DNA from: an uncultured archaeon
GTDB taxonomy: Archaea > Asgardarchaeota > Thorarchaeia > Thorarchaeales > Thorarchaeaceae
Reading direction: 5' to 3'
Assembly: GCA_964473825.1 (NCBI GenBank)
Contig: CAYYQL010000020.1
Coordinates: 1 to 43,601, forward strand
DNA: 43,601 nucleotides
The number at the start of each line of letters is the position of its first letter. Positions within the stretch are counted from its first letter, which is position 1. The position numbers and the translations under genes were made by a program. Below, piece by piece: positions 1-8,881 of this stretch. Below the pieces are notes generated by a model. That model searched no databases, had not been told where the DNA came from, and saw nothing but the letters and a program-made list of their open reading frames with translations.

Positions 1-88
1 CTTCTTCATTTTGCTTCGCGCGTTTCCAGAATTCCTCAAATACATCTTTCAGTTGCTCAGAATCATCGAAGTACGGCACTTCACTCAC
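1..88 (-). CDS. 5' end of a gene running off the window (MSEVPYFDDSEQLKDVFEEFWKRAKQNEE...), function not assignable; possibly SCP2-like lipid-binding protein
   Basis: Hand translation from GTG at 88 is open to the window edge; AT-rich promoter-like tract at ~107-115. The SCP2 guess rests only on context and weak resemblance. Confidence 0.55.
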   Translation of the reverse strand, partial: MSEVPYFDDSEQLKDVFEEFWKRAKQNEE

Positions 89-944
89 CTTTGAAACCTG
101 AGTGTACTATATAGGATAGAAGTCTTACGGCTTGTGTTGAATCTGCCGAGTATTGGGTTGACCGGCGCGTATATGACGAATTAGGATATTCATTATCCCT
201 AATTACCGTGTACTACTCACTCAGAGGTGATGTCCTGTGACGCGTCGGAGACCAGACCTTTTCGGTATGACGCAAGAATCCATGATTCTGTGGGCGTCAG
301 TGAAGATGAACGTTCGGGTGCGAGAGGTTCGAAATCTGAACCAATCCGCTGTGATGCCTTTATCAGCGCGCTCGCATTATGAATGCCAACGTACAGGATA
401 GTCGGCTCATCCCAAACCTCATGCGTTTTTTGATTTGAGCTGTGAATCTTCATCCTCAGGCCATTTGGATGAAACTACATGGTGTCTTTCCATTTCGTCT
501 AGTCGTCATGGTCAGAAATGCTGTCAAGGAGCACATCAATTTCGGCCTTGATGAGTTCTTTCACATTTCGAGCATCAGTTCGACTTCTTCAATGCCGATA
601 GCCAGAAGGCGTTCTCTTATCTATTGGAGCAGCTCTAGCCCCTTTCATGGAGAAGGATCATTCTGGTATGTAAGACAGTGCAACTCATTATGAACGGCAA
701 TGTAAATGGCACCGCAAGAACCGTCGTGCCATTGTCTGCCATCTCTTCGGAGAGGGCGGAATTAGAGGAATGTGATACGAATGACTAGGACTGTATGTAT
801 CGCGGGTGGTGCAGCATGACATTCCAGACTTCAATCTTGGAAATTTGGAAACCTATTCTGCAATCATTTACACTGATTGACAGTGTATTTCGAACATAGA
901 GAAGAGAACGAGTTGATATCAATACAACTCGTTCACTCAGTGGT

Positions 945-1415
945 TCATTCAGGCTTGAAGTACTCTATGTCTGTTAGCCCACCTTTCCGTTTTGACTTGT
1001 CTTTAAGGACTACAGATACTCGCATCCCGATTTTCACGTCACTGGCATCAATTTCGCCAAGTTGGTGAATGAGCCCTCCATCAGTGCCATCCATCCTGAT
1101 GAAAGCGACCACTACAGGTTCAGCCAGCTTCTCGCTATCTCTGTCCTCATGTGTCACTGTAAATGTGTCAACAACACCGGTTGGTGGGACTTCTACATAT
1201 TCATCGAGTTTCTCGAAGCATTTCTCACAGTACATTCGGGGAGGCATGTAGGTTATTCCACACTTATCGCAGGAGGCAGCAAGGAGCTTACCCTCATTTC
1301 GTAATGCCATGAAGAACTTCTCACCTGCTATGCCTGCAGTATAGATGTAGTCTGCCTCCATATCTCCGACAAGATGTTGCGCCTTCAATGGATTGGTTAT
1401 TTTGTCGAATGACAT
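945..1415 (-). CDS. DUF35 family Zn-ribbon/OB-fold protein (thiolase partner)
   Basis: CDKC..PPRMYCEKC Zn ribbon followed by OB-fold (GVVDTFT..., IGMRVSVV); last gene of thiolase-thiolase-DUF35-DUF35 operon. Confidence 0.93.
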   Translation of the reverse strand: MSFDKITNPLKAQHLVGDMEADYIYTAGIAGEKFFMALRNEGKLLAASCDKCGITYMPPRMYCEKCFEKLDEYVEVPPTGVVDTFTVTHEDRDSEKLAEPVVVAFIRMDGTDGGLIHQLGEIDASDVKIGMRVSVVLKDKSKRKGGLTDIEYFKPE

Positions 1416-1419
1416 CTTT

Positions 1420-1944
1420 CTAGTCCTCCTTCAGTGGTTCGAAAAAGGCAATATCGCGAACAGAGCCAACTCTCTCCCCCTCGGGCTTCCAGACAGCACG
1501 GAGTTTCATTCCTATATGTAAGTCGTCGGGCTTACAGTTCCCTACAAGGTGGAGAATGCCCACGCCCTCACTTGCTCCGTCAAGATCAATGACCGCGACG
1601 AGAATCGGGTCATCTATTCGGTTTGCATCAGCGTCAAGATAGGATATCGAGTAGGTGTTGATTGTGCCAGTATCTTCGACTTCGACCCATTCATCTGTAG
1701 AACGGAAGCACTGTTCACAGAACATCCTGGGAGGCACTATCACCCGTCCACACTCTCGGCAACCGCGTCCAATGATCTTCCCGTTTTTGAGTCCTTCTAG
1801 GAACTTGCTGTATGCAATCCCCGCGCTCCAGACATACTTGGCATTGGGTCGCCACCGGAAGGCGATTGCGTCTTCAGCCTTGAGCTCAGAGTCGCGTAGA
1901 TATACTCCCGGAACGTCTTTCATTTTCTCACTCATCTCACTCAT
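1420..1944 (-). CDS. DUF35 family Zn-ribbon/OB-fold protein
   Basis: CRECG..PPRMFCEQC, GTINTYS, IGMKLRAVW; start placed at ATG 1944 overlapping the thiolase stop (ATGA). Confidence 0.93.
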   Translation of the reverse strand: MSEMSEKMKDVPGVYLRDSELKAEDAIAFRWRPNAKYVWSAGIAYSKFLEGLKNGKIIGRGCRECGRVIVPPRMFCEQCFRSTDEWVEVEDTGTINTYSISYLDADANRIDDPILVAVIDLDGASEGVGILHLVGNCKPDDLHIGMKLRAVWKPEGERVGSVRDIAFFEPLKED

Positions 1945-3104
1945 CTCCTGAATACCGTAACCGTGCCAACTTGCATGAGATCTCCCCATGCTTGGCACAC
2001 ACCAGTTTCTGCTCCATCTACTTGCCGCTTGCCAGCTTCATTTCTCAATTGCCAAAATGCTTCACAACACTTCATCAACCCGGCAGCTGCGATGGGATTC
2101 CCTACTCCCAGTAAACCTCCAGACGGACATATTGGGAGGTCGCCATCACGTTGTGTTACCCCTTCTGCGGTCAGCTTGGGGGCTTGGCCTTTCTCAGCGA
2201 GAAGTAGGCCTTCCATGTGATGTAGCTCCTTGTACGTGAACGGGTCATATGGCTCTGCAAAGTCGACCTCTTTCGGAGGGTCATCAATCTTGGCCATCTT
2301 GTACGCCATTTTTGCCGCCTCAGCAACATATTGTGGGAAGTACAGATCTCTATTTGTCCAGTAGGAGCTATCAAGTGACCATCCCACTCCGTCGATCCAG
2401 ACTGGAGAGTCAGTGTACTTCTTAGCAACATCTTCAGAGGCCAGGATCAAAGCGGCCGCCCCGTCACTGGGCGGACTGATATCCAATCGCTGTACTGGCC
2501 AAACCATAGTCTCAGAGTTCATCACGTCTTCAACTGTTATCTTGGCTGCCAGTTGAGCGCTTGGATGATCCAGTGCGTTGCCTTTGTTCTTCACCGCAAC
2601 TTCCGCAATGTGTTCTTTTGGAATATTGTGGGCCTGCATGTAGCGGTTCATCTCCAAGGCGAAGATCCATACAAGATTCGGGTTCAGAGGTCTAGTTATT
2701 ATTGGATCCCATATTGTACGAAACGCCGTTTGGGGGTGCGGTTGACATGGACTCATCTTCTCTTCTGCGACTACCATACAGGTATCGAAGAGACCAGAAG
2801 CCACATGCCACCAACCCGCTATCGGTGAGAACACCCCTGTGCCGCCACCTACAAAGGGTCTCATATATGGCCTCCCAACTCCACCTGCGCCGTCCAGCAG
2901 GTTCTCTGACTTCATGTGGATGCCATCAAAGGCGTCTGGAGCAGTACCCATCACTACACTCTCGATATCACTCAGATTCATCTCGGCTGAATCGAGTGCC
3001 ATCTTCGATGCATGATACGACAGCTCTTTTCCAGTCTCCTTTAATCTCCGCCTGAAGAGGGTGATTCCGGCTCCAATAACTGCTACGCGTCTCTTTATTG
3101 TCAT
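1941..3104 (-). CDS. SCP2-type thiolase-family protein (non-canonical active site)
   Basis: VAVIGAG, VAEEKMS, VAVKNKGNA..P.AQ, SPPSDGAAA, YDPF, SGGLLGVGNPIAAAG; start trimmed to MTIKRR. Confidence 0.92.
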   Translation of the reverse strand: MTIKRRVAVIGAGITLFRRRLKETGKELSYHASKMALDSAEMNLSDIESVVMGTAPDAFDGIHMKSENLLDGAGGVGRPYMRPFVGGGTGVFSPIAGWWHVASGLFDTCMVVAEEKMSPCQPHPQTAFRTIWDPIITRPLNPNLVWIFALEMNRYMQAHNIPKEHIAEVAVKNKGNALDHPSAQLAAKITVEDVMNSETMVWPVQRLDISPPSDGAAALILASEDVAKKYTDSPVWIDGVGWSLDSSYWTNRDLYFPQYVAEAAKMAYKMAKIDDPPKEVDFAEPYDPFTYKELHHMEGLLLAEKGQAPKLTAEGVTQRDGDLPICPSGGLLGVGNPIAAAGLMKCCEAFWQLRNEAGKRQVDGAETGVCQAWGDLMQVGTVTVFRR

Positions 3105-3117
3105 TCTCCATCTCCTC

Positions 3118-4269
3118 CTATTCTTCGCTCCCGAGAACCAGCATGCTACCTGTGGCTGTGGGCACACCACGCCATGATTGGGCGACTGCTGTGTCTATGT
3201 TTTTCAATTGCCTTTTCCCTGCATGACCTCTCAGCTGCAAGACGCATTCCAATACTGATTGAAGGGAGGAAGCCTCAAGTAAGTTGCCTGCTCCCAATCG
3301 GCCACCGGAGACATTGACGGGGTTTTCTCCATCTCTGTAGAATGCTCCATCTTCAAGGAGCTTGCCTGCCTCCCCCTTCTTACAGATTCCGATAGCCTCC
3401 AAGTGTTGCAGCTCTTTGTATGAAAACCAATCATCAACCTCCAATAGGCCAATCTCCTTCTTCGGATTTGTGATTCCAGCCATTTTGAAGGCCTTTTTGG
3501 CGGTCTTCCGTGCATAGGTAGCATCACTCCAATCTCGTGATTCTAGCCAGGGAGTTTCAGAAATCCAGCTTATTCCTTTCAGCCATATGGGATATTCTGA
3601 GAGTTCCTTGGCCTTCTCCTCCGAGGCAAGAACAAATACAACCGCCCCATCTGCAAGAGGACTGATGTCACGTCTGGTTAGTGGATCAGAAACCATTCCT
3701 GATTTCATCACCTCATCCACAGACATCACTGCAGGATATGCTGCAAGGGGATTGTCTAGCGCATTGTTCTTGTTCTTGGTGACCACGTGCGCACAATGCT
3801 CCCGCGTATTGCCGGACTCAGAGAGCCACTTCTTCATCTCAAGACCAGCAACAAAGAATGGATTCACATCCATGCTTCGATTATACACTGGGTCAAGTGC
3901 GTGGGTCACAATCCCTGTGAATGATAGCAGATCCGAGGCTTTACTATGAGACTCGACTGCCGCAATATCAAACAACCCCGTTTCAATCTGCATGGCCGCT
4001 GTAATGAGCGCCTGCATTCCGTCTCCGCTTATTGTACAGACCGAGCGAAGGACCGCACCAAGCTGGTCAGGCACAAACTCGTCAAAAATCGAGTAACCTT
4101 CCCAGTAGTCCTCAGCACCTGTGATGAAACTGCCAATGTCTTTCCTTGGATCGACTCCTGCATCCTCATATGCCTTGAGGGCAGCTTCAAACATCTGTTC
4201 TTTGAAGGAAACGTCGGGCGTTGTACTTCGAAAACCAGTATGTCCAATACCAACTATAGCTACTGTCAT
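3118..4269 (-). CDS. SCP2-type thiolase-family protein (non-canonical active site)
   Basis: VAIVGIGHT, KNKNNALDNPLA, SPLADGAV, EVDDWFSYKE, VNVSGGRLGAGN, QLRGHAGKRQ. Confidence 0.92.
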   Translation of the reverse strand: MTVAIVGIGHTGFRSTTPDVSFKEQMFEAALKAYEDAGVDPRKDIGSFITGAEDYWEGYSIFDEFVPDQLGAVLRSVCTISGDGMQALITAAMQIETGLFDIAAVESHSKASDLLSFTGIVTHALDPVYNRSMDVNPFFVAGLEMKKWLSESGNTREHCAHVVTKNKNNALDNPLAAYPAVMSVDEVMKSGMVSDPLTRRDISPLADGAVVFVLASEEKAKELSEYPIWLKGISWISETPWLESRDWSDATYARKTAKKAFKMAGITNPKKEIGLLEVDDWFSYKELQHLEAIGICKKGEAGKLLEDGAFYRDGENPVNVSGGRLGAGNLLEASSLQSVLECVLQLRGHAGKRQLKNIDTAVAQSWRGVPTATGSMLVLGSEE

Positions 4270-4433
4270 GGGAAGTACTTCCTCCATCTTGAATACCCAA
4301 GATTCCGAACATCCAACCTTGGTTATACCGGGAGATATTTAGGCCTCTATAAAGCCTTCCGAAATTTCGTGAGAATCAGCAACAGCTTGACCGGATGAGT
4401 AATCTTCATCTCAAATCCGTCAGGCGCGTAACT

Positions 4434-4691
4434 CTCGTCTTCGTATTTGCTATCGTTGATGGCTGAAACGTGGCTATCGCCAACGAGCTCCGCGGCTTGG
4501 ACCCCTGGGATGCTGAGTTTGGCATGCCGGTAAAGGTGGTCTGGCACGACAAGAAGACGCGTCGCGGCACGGTGACCGACTGGCACTTCGAGCCCGCAGA
4601 CGACTGGGAGCCGAGCCCCATGAACGACGAGAAGCGTCGCATCAAGGAGCTGTGCGAACCCGTCTTCGAATGGGTCAAGACGATGAAGTAG
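4434..4691 (+). pseudogene. 5'-truncated DUF35/OB-fold gene remnant with C-terminal helical extension
   Basis: LVFVFAIVDG*NVAIANELRGLDPWDAEFGMPVKVVWHDKKTRRGTVTDWHFEP...CEPVFEWVKTMK*; GMPVKVVW..RGTVTD.HFEP matches the C-termini of the two intact DUF35 genes here; in-frame TGA at 4464-4466; no Zn ribbon upstream. Confidence 0.8.
4623..4691 (+). repeat. Gene-tail repeat copy 1 (NDEKRRIKELCEPVFEWVKTMK*)
   Basis: Reference copy; core TCTTCGAATGGGTCAAGA at 4663-4680. Confidence 0.9.
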
Positions 4692-4703
4692 AATACACAT
4701 TGA

Positions 4704-4746
4704 TGAGCTGGAGTCGATAACTCCCAGCTCACTCTTCTTCTTTTTC
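4704..4746 (+). terminator. Hairpin plus pyrimidine tract after repeat copy 1
   Basis: TGAGCTGGAGT-cgata-ACTCCCAGCTCA (one bulge) followed by CTCTTCTTCTTTTT. Confidence 0.7.
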
Positions 4747-4766
4747 AGATATCGTTTTCTTGAGGA

Positions 4767-4979
4767 AACAAACTCTCCAAAACTTATTCCTGCTTGTCGT
4801 AAGATTGAACGTAATGTACCTTGAGCTAGTTTCTTGTGATCCGGAATTATCACAACTAGATTTCGTGGAGTCAGAAGTTTCTTCATTCTAACATGAGAGC
4901 CCTTTCTACCTACTATCTCAAATCATCTATCTGCGAGATACCTGATCATCTCTTTTCCAGAGAGAACTGGAGCTTTCAA
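4767..4979 (-). pseudogene. hicA: HicA family toxin with nonsense mutation
   Basis: From TTG 4979: LKAPVLSGKEMIRYLADR*FEIVGRKGSHVRMKK...IIPDHKKLAQGTLRSILRQAGIS; TGA at 4923-4925 replaces the conserved Gly of GF; no stop at the expected 3' end. Confidence 0.85.
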
Positions 4980-5188
4980 CTCGAAGCCTCAAGAAGAGAG
5001 ATAATTGGCTGGCCTGTAAGGGGTGGTCTTATTGCATCTTCATCTTCAAAATAGAGTTCCAGCGCTTCCTTGAGATTTGCCAGAGCCTCTTCTATTGTTT
5101 CACCTTGACTAGCAATATCTACATCTGGAGCAAGTGCAACATAGTGCTTTTCTTCACGACTAACGACCACAGTAAAGAACATTGACAT
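4976..5188 (-). CDS. hicB: HicB family antitoxin (short, no DNA-binding domain)
   Basis: YVALAPDVDIASQGETIEEALANLKEALELYFE signature; stop overlaps hicA start (TTGA). Confidence 0.9.
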   Translation of the reverse strand: MSMFFTVVVSREEKHYVALAPDVDIASQGETIEEALANLKEALELYFEDEDAIRPPLTGQPIISLLEASS

Positions 5189-5281
5189 CGAAACCACCTT
5201 CAAAGAATTCTCTATTAGTCTTTGTCAACCAACCTTTTGAACGCGTATCTGAATGAACATATGACCTGCGTAACTAGTCGC

Positions 5282-5314
5282 CCTGTCACCGACTGGGTCA
5301 AGACCATGAAATAG
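5282..5314 (+). repeat. Gene-tail repeat copy 2 (PVTDWVKTMK*)
   Basis: 27/33 nt identical to 4659-4691 by hand count, stop codon retained. Confidence 0.85.
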
Positions 5315-5330
5315 GCTCAACATGAACCAT

Positions 5331-5367
5331 CTGGGCGGCCATCTTCGTCCAGTACTTCCCTTTTTTC
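5331..5367 (+). terminator. Hairpin plus T-tract after repeat copy 2
   Basis: CTGGGCGG-ccatct-TCGTCCAG (with G-T pairs) then TACTTCCCTTTTTTC. Confidence 0.6.
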
Positions 5368-5484
5368 TGGTGCCGTATCTCGGAAGTTTCCTCGGATGGG
5401 CCAAGTAAACTCAATGTATCATCTAGAGCTCTATCTATGCAGACTTCAGTGTCCTCAGAGAACAGCATTCCACTTGATTCAGAG

Positions 5485-7377
5485 CTATGACGAGGACTTT
5501 TTACGGCGATGCAGAACAATCAGTGTTCCGAATACTGCGGCGACCCCCCCTCCAATAATGGTCACGATGAGGGACAGCATCTGGAGGCGAACGATGGGGT
5601 CAATGACCGTCACCATGACTGTGTCGGAAACGCTGTTGCCATGCACATCAGCCGCCACTATGGTGTAGATGTGGGTGCCAGCATCAAGACCGTCCACGGA
5701 GATGGTGATGGTCGCAGAACTCGAGTTCCACATCCCTGATTCCAGCGGCAGACCATTGAGGTAGATTGTATACGTGTCGGGGCTGAGGTCCTCAAGGACC
5801 CAGCTGATGGTGTGTCCTGTCGTGCCATGCTCGTACTCGATGTCTGCTGGACGACTGATCGTGGGCGGTGTTGTGTCCACCACGGTGACAAGCACCATGT
5901 CACTCCCCTCATTTCCTAGGATATCCCTTGCGACAAGTGTGTAGGCGTAGACTCCCACGGCAAGCTCGTCGATAGAGATGGTGATGGTCTCGGAGCTTGT
6001 GTTCCAGACTCCCGTTCTCACCACTGTATCGTTGCGATAGACAGCGTAGCTGTGGGGGTTCAGGTCCTCAGGACTCCACGTGATGGTGTGCCCAGTGGTC
6101 CCGTACTCGTACGCGATATCTTCCGGACCGTCGACCGTGGGCGGGATGTTGTCGATCCGATAGGGATGGTTGTCGATGCTCTCTGCTGAACCCGGAATGA
6201 GGTAGGCGCCGTCGCCATCATAGTCGTCCCAGTAGTTGCCGTGTGTACCATTGTCCCAGGTATTCGCAGTGCCGTTGTCCATGGCATTGTGCTGAGCGTT
6301 GTCGTAGAGCCGGTTGAGAGACAGCAAAACATCCTGACTGGATCTGCTTAGACAGACGCCACAGACATTGTCGGTAGCGGTATTGTTGATGAACACGCAG
6401 TCAGAGCCACCCAATAGGAAACCTCTCTCACCGTTACTAATGGCCGCGTTGCTGATCAGGGTGCATTCATCAGCGTCCAACAAGAATCCCGTCCGACCAT
6501 TGTTGATAGCACTGTTCATCGTCATGGTGAGATGATTGTGGGAAATGAACAAGAAACCATGGTCGGTGGCATTGCTGGCAATATTCCCTATCATGATGGA
6601 TGCTGAACCATACAGGAAATAGAACCCGCCCAGATTCTTGACAGCTCTGTTATCCGTGAAGGTGCCGTTGGAGTAGTGGAAAAAGAAACCATCTCCTGAA
6701 CTGTTCGTGACGATGTTGGCTGTATAGATGCAGTTGTAGGCGAATTTGGCAGAGATTCCCTTTCCACCAGTATCGCTGATGGTGTTGTTCTCAATGATAG
6801 AGTCACGAACAATCCAGAAACTGATACCGCCCCACTCGCTATCGTTGATGGTGTTGTTCAGGATGGTGCAGTCACTTGAGTGATCGATGTAGACTCCACA
6901 TTCATTGCTCCATAGGATGCTGTCCGCCACGGTGCAGTTAGGCGACGAAGAGAATCTCACTCCGTACCCGTGCAGCTCAATGACACAGTCCTTCACAGTT
7001 CCATGGGTCACGTTGTCAAAGACGATGCCATCGCTGCTGGTCGGCAGAGGTGCCGAGATGAGACAGTCCCTTATCTCGAAGTAGACATCTGTGTTGTTGA
7101 CAGTGATGCATGTTGAGCTGTGTATGATCCGCAGCCCCTCGATGACATAAGGGTCATCTTCAGTCCCGCTCCCCGGCCATTCCTGGTCCTCGAAGTCAGC
7201 GTTCCCGTTGATGGTGATGGGTCCGTGGGGGGTATAGGAGAGGACAGAGTTCACCTGCTGCTCCTTTCGACTGACCCGGCTCTCTCGGAATGATCCATGG
7301 GTGACCATGCAGACATTCGATAGAAGCAGCGCTACAAGGACCAGCAGTGTATAGACTCGACGTTCCCACTCACCCAT
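5485..7377 (-). CDS. Cell-surface protein: signal peptide, NosD/CASH right-handed beta-helix, two Ig-like repeats, C-terminal TM anchor
   Basis: WPGSGTEDDPYVIEG, Asn-ladder repeats, GNYWDDY motif, two ~92-aa D..PPT...GTTGHTI.W units, TM followed by RRKK; GGAGGA before ATG 7377. Confidence 0.9.
   Translation of the reverse strand: MGEWERRVYTLLVLVALLLSNVCMVTHGSFRESRVSRKEQQVNSVLSYTPHGPITINGNADFEDQEWPGSGTEDDPYVIEGLRIIHSSTCITVNNTDVYFEIRDCLISAPLPTSSDGIVFDNVTHGTVKDCVIELHGYGVRFSSSPNCTVADSILWSNECGVYIDHSSDCTILNNTINDSEWGGISFWIVRDSIIENNTISDTGGKGISAKFAYNCIYTANIVTNSSGDGFFFHYSNGTFTDNRAVKNLGGFYFLYGSASIMIGNIASNATDHGFLFISHNHLTMTMNSAINNGRTGFLLDADECTLISNAAISNGERGFLLGGSDCVFINNTATDNVCGVCLSRSSQDVLLSLNRLYDNAQHNAMDNGTANTWDNGTHGNYWDDYDGDGAYLIPGSAESIDNHPYRIDNIPPTVDGPEDIAYEYGTTGHTITWSPEDLNPHSYAVYRNDTVVRTGVWNTSSETITISIDELAVGVYAYTLVARDILGNEGSDMVLVTVVDTTPPTISRPADIEYEHGTTGHTISWVLEDLSPDTYTIYLNGLPLESGMWNSSSATITISVDGLDAGTHIYTIVAADVHGNSVSDTVMVTVIDPIVRLQMLSLIVTIIGGGVAAVFGTLIVLHRRKKSSS
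5602..6153 (-). repeat. Intragenic tandem duplication of a 92-aa Ig-like domain (276-nt period)
   Basis: DNIPPTVDGPEDIAYEYGTTGHTITW.. and DTTPPTISRPADIEYEHGTTGHTISW.. Confidence 0.85.
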
Positions 7378-7615
7378 GTTTGCTCCTCCAGGTCTACGTA
7401 CCAACACCATACTTGGAAACAGGCCCTTTCAAGTCTTTCTTGCAGTCCCATTCTCCTTGAGTGTTTCTTGATGCTCTGGATACGGAAGTGTGTCTTTCAG
7501 CACCACAGTTGAGTAACCGGCAGCACATCCTGGTGTTGTTCCGTGATACATCACTCTCTACCCTCCTGCTATCGTTCTTCGACGGCTGCCTAAGAGATTT
7601 GCATTTCCATCTTCG

Positions 7616-8458
7616 CTACCCGAGTTTCGGACCAATGACAAAGCCTCCGTTCGGATTGCCATCATATTTCTGAGGGGTGTCCTCTTCATCACGTTCTTTG
7701 AATACCATGAAGCTATCAAACGCCTCGTCATACACAATCTCCTGAGCCACATTGCACCCATATGATCGTATCAGCCCATTCCATTCAAGGATGTAATGGT
7801 AGGTCCATACTCCATTCTCCAGATCATGATCCTCGAATGATACTCCGTTGTAGTGGCAAGCCGATGTCGCAAACACATTCGCACTGTTGTCGATGTTTTC
7901 GAGGTCGTCCAAGAAGCCACCAGAATGACAGAAATCAAGGAATAGGAAGATGCGCCTTGCCACCGCTGTGGCCAGTATTGAGGCAATCTCAGAATCGTAG
8001 AGGTAGCTCTCCTCCCATGTAACGAAGTATGTTTCAGTTGTTTCACCAATCTGGCCACCATGACCAGCGAAGATGACTGCGATGTGATCATCAGAGTCAG
8101 CAACACCCACCAGCCAGTTCAGGGAGTTCACGATGTTGGTCTTCGTCGCCAGTGCGTAGTAGCTCTGATAGTAGCTTGTGTCATCTCCCAGAACCCTTAC
8201 CTCATCAAACTCAATCGTACAGGTAAGGAAGCAGTACCAATCGTTCGCGTCATCATCGGCATAGTCTAAATCATTAACTCCCGTGGAGTCATCATAGTCG
8301 CTGATCCCGACAATGACTGCGTAATAGTTGACTGTTGTTGCTCTTGCATCTGGGATTGACCCAAGACCAAGGATCAGGACGCCAAGGAGCAGTACAACAA
8401 CAACTCGCTTCCTCCTCGGCCACCTGTGGTTGATATCTACAGCATGAAACACAGACAT
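7616..8458 (-). CDS. Caspase-like (clan CD, C14 metacaspase-type) peptidase with N-terminal signal/TM segment
   Basis: YAVIVGISDY, DLDYADDDA, ATKTNI, FAGHG (His) and LDFCHSGG (Cys) dyad; RRKR plus hydrophobic stretch at the N-terminus. Confidence 0.88.
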   Translation of the reverse strand: MSVFHAVDINHRWPRRKRVVVVLLLGVLILGLGSIPDARATTVNYYAVIVGISDYDDSTGVNDLDYADDDANDWYCFLTCTIEFDEVRVLGDDTSYYQSYYALATKTNIVNSLNWLVGVADSDDHIAVIFAGHGGQIGETTETYFVTWEESYLYDSEIASILATAVARRIFLFLDFCHSGGFLDDLENIDNSANVFATSACHYNGVSFEDHDLENGVWTYHYILEWNGLIRSYGCNVAQEIVYDEAFDSFMVFKERDEEDTPQKYDGNPNGGFVIGPKLG

Positions 8459-8639
8459 ATACCCCCTTTGTGTTAGAAACTCACGAAACTATTAGATACA
8501 TTGCCTTATATTTTTTTGTTCAAAGGTTTGGTTATAGAAGCGCTGTCAACCCGACACAGAGCTATGATGGGCGCGGCGAGACGTCCAGCACGTCTCTCAA
8601 ATTGCCCCGCCTTGTTACGCCGTTGAGTCCCGTTTCACT

Positions 8640-8708
8640 GATGACGAGAAGCGATTCATCAACGAGCGCTGCGAGTCCGCCTTCGAATGGGTGTGGACAA
8701 TGAAACAG
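8640..8708 (+). repeat. Gene-tail repeat copy 3 (DDEKRFINERCESAFEWVWTMKQ)
   Basis: 52/69 nt identical, ungapped, to 4623-4691 by hand count; TAG changed to CAG. Confidence 0.88.
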
Positions 8709-8719
8709 ACTTGAAACGA

Positions 8720-8754
8720 GGGAGATGGAATAATTCAGCTCTCATCCCTTTTTC
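8720..8754 (+). terminator. Degenerate hairpin plus T-tract after repeat copy 3
   Basis: GGGAGATGGAATAATTCAGCTCTC then ATCCCTTTTTC; shares GAG.TGGA...CAGCTC with the copy-1 hairpin. Confidence 0.5.
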
Positions 8755-8881
8755 ATACAACTCCAATTCGTTTCTTTCGATGTCACAGGAGTCTGTCGTA
8801 TCTCGGTATTGAGAGGACACCTTCGAGTTTATATGCCGAATCTGATGTAGGGGTGTTTGGAACAATCAAGAGGGGTCGAAC

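Noticed and set aside
217-693. ORFs 217-453 (-) and 442-693 (+) as genes
   Set aside because: No recognisable family and atypical composition; treated as remnant or spurious.
4347-4886. 179-aa ORF as a real HicA fusion protein
   Set aside because: Only the first ~40 aa are HicA; the rest is read-through across a terminator and antisense to the DUF35 remnant.
4464-4925. In-frame TGA codons (4464, 4923) as selenocysteine or recoding
   Set aside because: One replaces a structural Gly and the other is in a 5'-truncated gene. Neighbouring remnants carry TAA/TAG stops and many intact genes end in TGA, so simple decay explains them.
5298-5519. 73-aa minus-strand ORF
   Set aside because: It overlaps the NosD gene end and runs antisense through repeat 2 and its terminator; no motif.
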